Source: Acidobacteria bacterium bin61
GTDB lineage: Bacteria; Acidobacteriota; Vicinamibacteria; Marinacidobacterales; SMYC01
DNA length: 64,000 nucleotides
Assembly: GCA_963578475.1 (NCBI GenBank)
Contig: CAUZCL010000008.1
Coordinates: 56,997-120,996 of the forward strand
Direction of reading: 5' to 3'
Shown here one piece after another: positions 61,746 through 64,000 of the stretch. Numbering within the stretch: position 1 is the stretch's first letter; every line of letters starts with the position of its first letter. The notes under the pieces were generated by a model that saw only the letters and a list, made by a program, of their open reading frames with translations, was not told the origin of the DNA and did no database searches. The position numbers and the translations under genes were made by a program.

Positions 61746-64000
61746 TCACGGATTTTGAACGACAGCCACAGTTTCGGCATCCTCAGTCTCGACGGTGCTC
61801 ATCCGAAACGGCACACTGTTCACGATGCCGAGGATGAAGGAGGACATCCGGTTGTCGTTCTTGGCGGCGTCGGCCGTGATCTTACGGATTGCCGGCATGT
61901 CGAAATACTCGACCCTTCGTCCGAGCGCGTAGGTCATGAGGCTTTCGGTGAAGGTCAGGATGACAGAGTCTTGATAATTGAGCATCGCGTCGCGAAGGCC
62001 GAGCGGGCCGTCGAGCGGGGTTCCGTCATAGAGCTCGCCCGTGGCGTCGATCGGAACGCCGTCATCCTTCGTGCGCCACGCGCCGGTCACGTCGAAATTC
62101 TCGAGTGCGAGGCCGATGGGGTCGATCACCGCGTGGCACGAGTTGCAGGCCGGGTTCGCGCGATGTGACTCCATGCGCTCGCGCACCGAAAGACGTCTGT
62201 CGCCCGCGATGGCCTCCGTCTCCTCTAGCGCAGGCACGTTGGGCGGCGGCGGGGGAGGCGGGCTTCCGAGCAGAACTTCCATGACCCACTTCCCGCGCTG
62301 GACCGGCGAGGTGCGATTGGCGATGGCCGTGAGCGCGAGGATGCTGCCATGGCCGAAAAGCCCTCGTCGGTTTCGGTTGATGCCGTCGAGCGGGACCCGG
62401 CGGAACCTGTCGCCGGTGACGTTAGGGATACGGTAATGCCGCGCGAGCCTTTCGTTGACGAAAGTGTAGTCGGCGGTCAGTAGCTCGACGACGCTCCGGT
62501 CCTCGCGCACGAGATTTTCGAAGAACAGCTCGGTCTCGCGCTTCATCGCGTCCGCGAGGGTCGCGTCATAGAGCGGATAGGTCAAAGCGTCCGGGTGCAG
62601 CTTGTGGAGGTCCTGGAGCCGCAGCCACAGGGACGCAAAGCGCGTGGCGAGCGTCACCGATCGTTCATCGTCCACCATGCGACGGACTTGTTGGTCAAAG
62701 ATTTCGGCGTCCGATAGCTTTCCGTCCGCGGCGAGCGCCAAGAGCTCTTCGTCGGGAGGGCCCGCCCACAAGAAAAACGACAAACGCGACGCGAGATCGA
62801 CGTCTGCAATGAGGTAGCTTTCGCCGGGCTCGGCGTGCGACGGCGACGGCTCCAGACGAAAGATGAAGCTCGGGCTTGCGAGGATCGCTTGAAGAGCCAT
62901 CCTGATGCCGCTCTCGAAGTCGCCTCCCTCGCGCCCGATCGAATAGAACGACATGAAGGCTTCGAGATCCGCATCGATGAGAGGGCGGCGATAAGCGCGC
63001 TTCGCGAGGTGAGTCACGATCTCTTCGGCGCAGGGAAGCTCTTCTTCGGAGGTCGTCGGGCGGCAGATGAAAATACGACGCCGGGCGGGAGTGTCAGACA
63101 CGCCGGTGACGTTATACGGCCCACTGATGTTGAAATCGCGAAGGTGCGGCACGGTCGTGACGCCGTAATCCACGCCAATTTGGCTGTCGGCGAGGGTGTG
63201 CTCGATCGGGATGAGCAAGTCTTGGACGGGAGCTTCTGAATGAACGAGAAAGGCGGCTGTTACTCTCTGCGGGCCCGCCTTGACGTAAATGGGCTCACTC
63301 TGAATCGTCAAACCGTTCAGCTCGGTCTCGGAGAGCAAGGGGTCGACGTCCAAGAGCGCGACCCGCACGCCGTTTACTGAAACCTCGATTTGCTCATTCT
63401 GGGCCGGACGGCCGAAGAGAAAACCGTCGGGCGAGCCGTGAAGCAGCGCTTTGAAGATGTAGTCGCCATCGGCGGGGAAGATGTTGACGACAGCGATGCC
63501 ACCGCGCGTTCCGAACGGTGCGCCTTCGGCGCGACGCGTCTGCGATGCCGTTCGCGGGACTTTGAACGTGACTTCGCTCGGGTCGGCCGTGGGATCGCCC
63601 ACGGCGAGACGGCTGACTCGGTCGGCTGCGCGCATGTAGCTGTCCATGAGCGTTGGCGACATGCCTTGAACGTCGGCGATGTTGTCGAAGCTGTGGCTTA
63701 CCGTGTCCGGCGGCAAGAGCGCGGCGACATCGACGTCGAGCGCGAGCAGGTAGGAAACGGAGCTCCTATATTCGGCGCGGTTGAGACGCTGGAAGTCTCG
63801 CCGTCCTGGGTTAGGGCTCGAGGAATAGGCCGTGTCGATCCTCGCCTCGAGTGCTCTTATGAAGGCTGCGACCTCCGCTCGGTCAGGCCGAGAGGCATAG
63901 GAGGGCGGCATCATGCCGGTGTGGAGCTTGCGGAGCATTTTTTCCGCAACTTCGGTATCGCGCCCGGGCTCCGACGCGTCGAAGGACTCCAAGGTTAGGC
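61746..64000 (-). CDS. DUF1592/DUF1588/DUF1585/DUF1587/DUF1595-family protein. Partial: the N-terminus, probably a cytochrome-c-like domain, lies beyond the right edge.
   Basis: LLTADYTFVNERLARHYRIPNV, ACNSCHAVIDPIGLALENFDVTGAWR, SFFLWAGPPDEELL. The frame is open to the window end (...MLRKLHTGMMPP). Confidence 0.8.
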   Translation of the reverse strand, partial: LTLESFDASEPGRDTEVAEKMLRKLHTGMMPPSYASRPDRAEVAAFIRALEARIDTAYSSSPNPGRRDFQRLNRAEYRSSVSYLLALDVDVAALLPPDTVSHSFDNIADVQGMSPTLMDSYMRAADRVSRLAVGDPTADPSEVTFKVPRTASQTRRAEGAPFGTRGGIAVVNIFPADGDYIFKALLHGSPDGFLFGRPAQNEQIEVSVNGVRVALLDVDPLLSETELNGLTIQSEPIYVKAGPQRVTAAFLVHSEAPVQDLLIPIEHTLADSQIGVDYGVTTVPHLRDFNISGPYNVTGVSDTPARRRIFICRPTTSEEELPCAEEIVTHLAKRAYRRPLIDADLEAFMSFYSIGREGGDFESGIRMALQAILASPSFIFRLEPSPSHAEPGESYLIADVDLASRLSFFLWAGPPDEELLALAADGKLSDAEIFDQQVRRMVDDERSVTLATRFASLWLRLQDLHKLHPDALTYPLYDATLADAMKRETELFFENLVREDRSVVELLTADYTFVNERLARHYRIPNVTGDRFRRVPLDGINRNRRGLFGHGSILALTAIANRTSPVQRGKWVMEVLLGSPPPPPPPNVPALEETEAIAGDRRLSVRERMESHRANPACNSCHAVIDPIGLALENFDVTGAWRTKDDGVPIDATGELYDGTPLDGPLGLRDAMLNYQDSVILTFTESLMTYALGRRVEYFDMPAIRKITADAAKNDNRMSSFILGIVNSVPFRMSTVETEDAETVAVVQNP

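Noticed and set aside
1-64000. Prophage, integrative element or defence island explaining the gene decay
   Set aside because: I found no integrase, transposase, recombinase, phage structural genes, tRNA attachment sites or flanking long direct repeats.

Overview
Clearly GC-rich bacterial chromosomal window. The gene content looks like an Acidobacteriota-type soil bacterium, which is inference only: ADOP-type MacB/FtsX permeases, a DUF1592-family/DUF1552 pair, PQQ-like beta-propellers, an ASPIC/UnbV FG-GAP protein, and many Sec/Tat-exported hydrolases. I support about 40 intact CDS and 10-11 decayed gene remnants. I saw no rRNA, tRNA, CRISPR array, transposase, integrase or phage genes. Main points follow. 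(1) There are two in-frame UGA codons at catalytic Cys positions, each followed by a SECIS-like hairpin. One is in a formate-dehydrogenase-type molybdoenzyme at the left edge. The other is in a two-domain thioredoxin-fold protein with a U-P-F-C motif at 34611. (2) Two divergent, tightly packed operons (16.5-27.4 kb) encode six paralogous secreted PQQ-like beta-propeller proteins, variously fused to EF-hands, ankyrin repeats or Ig/jelly-roll domains, plus one cytoplasmic Fe-alcohol dehydrogenase. This is my best candidate for an undescribed system. (3) A 22-codon leader ORF with five consecutive Phe codons precedes a single 688-aa chorismate mutase / prephenate dehydratase / ACT / DAHP synthase fusion. 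(4) A phased GGGGAT repeat array that is both a 14-bp-stem hairpin and a G-quadruplex motif lies upstream of the selenoprotein gene. (5) A TonB-dependent receptor is co-oriented with a TAXI-TRAP transporter. (6) A DUF1592-family / DUF1552(HXXSHH) / secreted ankyrin operon sits at the right edge. (7) A zeta-toxin-like kinase has a small acidic upstream ORF. (8) Frameshifted and internally deleted genes are unusually dense next to long intact ORFs, including all three ADOP permeases. ORF-track coordinates include the stop codon, and I keep that convention.
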